Shown here one piece after another: positions 60,933-64,000 of a stretch of 64,000 nucleotides of DNA. Position numbers and translations under genes: made by a program. This DNA comes from Lama guanicoe. Lineage: Eukaryota. The stretch is taken from assembly GCA_013239625.1 (NCBI GenBank), contig MU055269.1:2286441-2350440 (forward strand), read 5' to 3'. The notes beneath the pieces were generated by a model. It had not been told where the DNA came from. It did no database searches and was given only the letters and a program-made list of their open reading frames with translations. The stretch's first letter is position 1, and the number at the start of each line of letters is the position of its first letter.

Positions 60933-63377
60933 CAGAAGGGAGGGAGATACGTCCCAAGAGGGCACGACTCAGTGGAAAGGACCCTGCCCCGGAGTCGGGA
61001 AGCCTCAGAGAGTGGCCAGCGGGAGGGGGTCCCCACTCCGCACGGGGCCAGGCGGAGATCGTTTCAGGAGCACGTCCTCCCAGCCCTCCAGCCAGGCTGG
61101 GGCAGAGGCTGTGCTGACCACGCCCATGAGGTCCAAGAAGCCGGCGGGGCCAGGGGCCCGGGCTGAGCTGTGCTCGGAGCGGCCGCACCGTCCGCGATGC
61201 CCAGAGCTCCGGGTCCAGGTCGGCTGTGAGCTGACCCGATGACTTGGCCGGGCACTTCGTTTCTTCAAGAAAAAGACTCTGGACACAATCAGTCTTGGAG
61301 TTATTAAGGAAAAGAGCTGCAGGGAGAGTGAAAGGGCACTTTCCTTCCATTTCACACATTTTAACATACATTCTGACGACTCAAACGCGTTCACGATGAC
61401 TTGGACCAAGTGTGCAAACCTCACTCCCTCGGACGGGGAAACCATTGCAGGGCAACGGTAAGTCATGAGGCTCAACAGAAATGTGTCATGAAGGTAAATG
61501 CCCCTGAGGCCCGTCTGCTGTCTCTCTGGGGGAAATGAGGGGGCTGGATGGGGTGCTGCACTGATTCCCACAGGGACGGTGTGGGCTCCCACACCTGCTC
61601 TGCAACCCCTGGGATCTTTAAAAATCCAGCCTTTCCTGACAAGCTTTAAGCAAAGCTGCTGTATCCTGTCCAACACGCAGACAACTGGGCCCAAGGCTGG
61701 GGGCCAGGTCCCAACAAGGCACACGGAACTCATTCCTCGAGTGTCTCCTGGATGCTGGTGAGCAGGGGAAGAGCAGAGCGGAGCTCGATTTGAGTGTGCA
61801 CGCACGGGTACACATTCACAATGCACACACGCAAGCACAGTCACGCACATATGTCACAAGGAGCACATGTGTGTCTTGAGACCACCAGAGCCGTCCCTGG
61901 ATCACAGCATCACCTGTGAGCAGAGCCACGAGTGAACCAGGGAGGCTGGAGGGGCTGGCGTGGCCGTGAGGACCAGCCCGGCCAGATGGAGCAGCCCAGG
62001 TCACCAAGAGAACCGCTGAGGGGCCAGGCGGCTGAGGGCCTCCCTGGGGCAGGGTCCCCGAAAACGGAAGCCCTTTTCAGCAGGAACAAAGGGCACCACA
62101 AAAAGGAAGTGTGGGCAGCACCACGCTCGGCAGGAACTTGGCGCAGACGGGGCGTGGTGCAGAGCTCCGAGGGCGGTGGGTGGAGGCAGGGCCGCAGGGG
62201 TCCCCTCACTATAGATGAAGCCTCCACAGCAGGGAGCCCAGGGGAGCAGACACGGCAGCGGGGAGCGGCGGGCAGATGCTGGAACCTGTGGCCGGTGCAG
62301 GGAGGTCCCTGGGGATACACCGCCGGGGGCAAACGCAGACCCTCCCTGGGTGGCTGGCAGATCCATCCTGGAGGCAGGAAGACGTCATCAAACCAGCAGG
62401 GATCTGAGCTCAGCCCACAGATCACTAGTCACGACGTGGCTGAATTCAAGCATGTGGAAACGAGGCACCTATAGATTTGGTGGGGGGAGTTCTTAATGAA
62501 TTCATGACCTTTCAAAGTGCTGATTTCGAACTACACTCTCCTGTAAGCCTCACCCAAACGTTAGAATAGAAGCCTCTGAAAGCAGGTCAGTCCACGCATC
62601 TGGCGCGTCGCCTGGGCTTCGGCGAGAGCGGCATCCTGGTTCCCCGGCTCCTCGCCGGCGAGCCGTGCAGACGCGGGCCACACACACAGGGGCCACAACA
62701 CACAGCCAGGCCTGCTCCGTGCAGAGACCTCAGCTGCGTGTGTTTTCTTTCTTTCACGAAGCCCTCGGGCACGGTTTGGGTCTGGGCTCCACCTGCTCTG
62801 AGGGATGAATGAACACCTACGGCCCCTCTCCTCTGGGCGTTTCTGTGTCTCCCCCCTGGGTCCCCAGCACAGAGCTCCCGGGTGTCTGTAATGAGTGGCA
62901 AACCCCCCACCAGCCCTGCGCAGGGAGAGCGGCTGCACAGAGTACTCTGACCGGGAGGTGGAGGCCTCTGGAATCACCGCCCTCAGAGCCCGGCGGGCCC
63001 CAGGGCTCACGGCAGCACAGCGCCATGGAGAGAGGCCGGCAGGAGGCTCTGGACGGGGCCCGGGTGCACTTTTCTGGCTCTTCTTTACACGTGTCATGGA
63101 AGCAAATGAAGTTCAGCCTCAGAGATTTAAGACCCTGTGATGACTGCATCACAGTCGCCCATGCAGAAGTGACACCTGGGGCCTCTGCTAGCTTCACGGA
63201 CAAATGTGGCTTGAAAAAATGGTGTGAAAATCAGTCTGGGTTTTAATCTACCTTCACGTTGAAATTTTCGTTAAGTTCCCAATCGTGCCCTTTATTCTGG
63301 TGTTGCTAAGCCTCTGTAAAAAACATCTATAGAAATGTATGTACACGTTGGTGTCAGGACTATTACATAATGTGGCT

Positions 63378-63455
63378 TTTTAAATTCTTATGTTTTATTG
63401 AAGTGTAGTCTGTTTACAGTGTTAGTCTCAGGTGCACAGCAAGCGATTCAGTTTC
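63378..63455 (-). mobile_element. Short L1 3' end
   Basis: ttttattgaagtgtagtctgtttacagtgttagtctcaggtgcacagcaagcgattcagtt is the reverse complement of an L1 3' terminus. Confidence 0.75.
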
Positions 63456-64000
63456 GTAACAGGGCTTTAACCGCGACGCTTCACTGCATTTCCAGGAAGG
63501 CTGTCTGCCCCGTCTGTGGCTGTGTCCCCTTCGCACCACGGTTCCCAGACGCTGTCGGAAACGAGTAAGGCCAGCTTTTAACACCCGGTCTAAATCCTCC
63601 TCTCTTCAAAGAGAAGCCCTGACACACAGAGACAGCGACGGAGCAGAAGATCGCCGCCTTCCTTCTCACAGCACCTCTCACGGAGCAGCACGGGGTGGTG
63701 CGCAGACGCAGAGCTGCACTCGGCCCGACAGGCATGTGACTTACCCTCTGTACTTCCAGGACACCAGCTGCAGCTGGTGACTACACTCCATAATCTCTAG
63801 CCAAGGTCATTACGTTTTCAGACACCTGACAGAATCAGGGGAAAAACCACTCTCCCCCGCCCCCTCCCAAGAGAAACCCAGCTCCTAAAATGTGAAAATC
63901 ATTTTTGTTTGTTTTATTAAGCTCCTGCTTTGTCTGGTCTTTGAAGGCAACACAGTGAGCTGAATAAATCACGGCCCACGTTCTTCTGATTGGTGCAGAG

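Noticed and set aside
63481-63735. ORF containing SGNRGAK, superficially like the Golli N-terminus
   Set aside because: No Met-Gly start or matching splice sites; chance similarity.

Overview
Mammalian genomic DNA, GC- and CpG-rich, from a draft assembly with three N-gaps. It is probably a camelid, judging by its tRNA-derived SINEs. The window holds the 5' part of the Golli-MBP (myelin basic protein) transcription unit on the minus strand. Four coding exons are supported by canonical splice sites and a consistent frame: Golli exon 2 (51716-51641, ATG at 51691, missed by the ORF track), Golli exon 3 (39646-39559), exon 5A/5B (18594-18158, classic MBP ATG at 18334) and classic MBP exon II (11636-11559). 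Read-through of the 5B donor ends in VSSEE* and gives a 197-aa BG21/HOG5-type Golli protein, with candidate poly(A) signals at about 16.3 and 14.3 kb. The remaining MBP exons were not found and should lie left of the window. A CpG island at about 54.2-55.7 kb is the likely Golli promoter and contains a 170/179-bp tandem duplication of a candidate first-exon donor. The rest is intronic or upstream sequence with SINEs, L1/L2/MIR fragments, MaLR LTRs, one ERV-like LTR carrying a CCAAT array antisense to MBP, and simple repeats. Nearly all other ORFs look like GC-content noise. I found no new protein-coding system; the most interesting leads are regulatory and are hypotheses.
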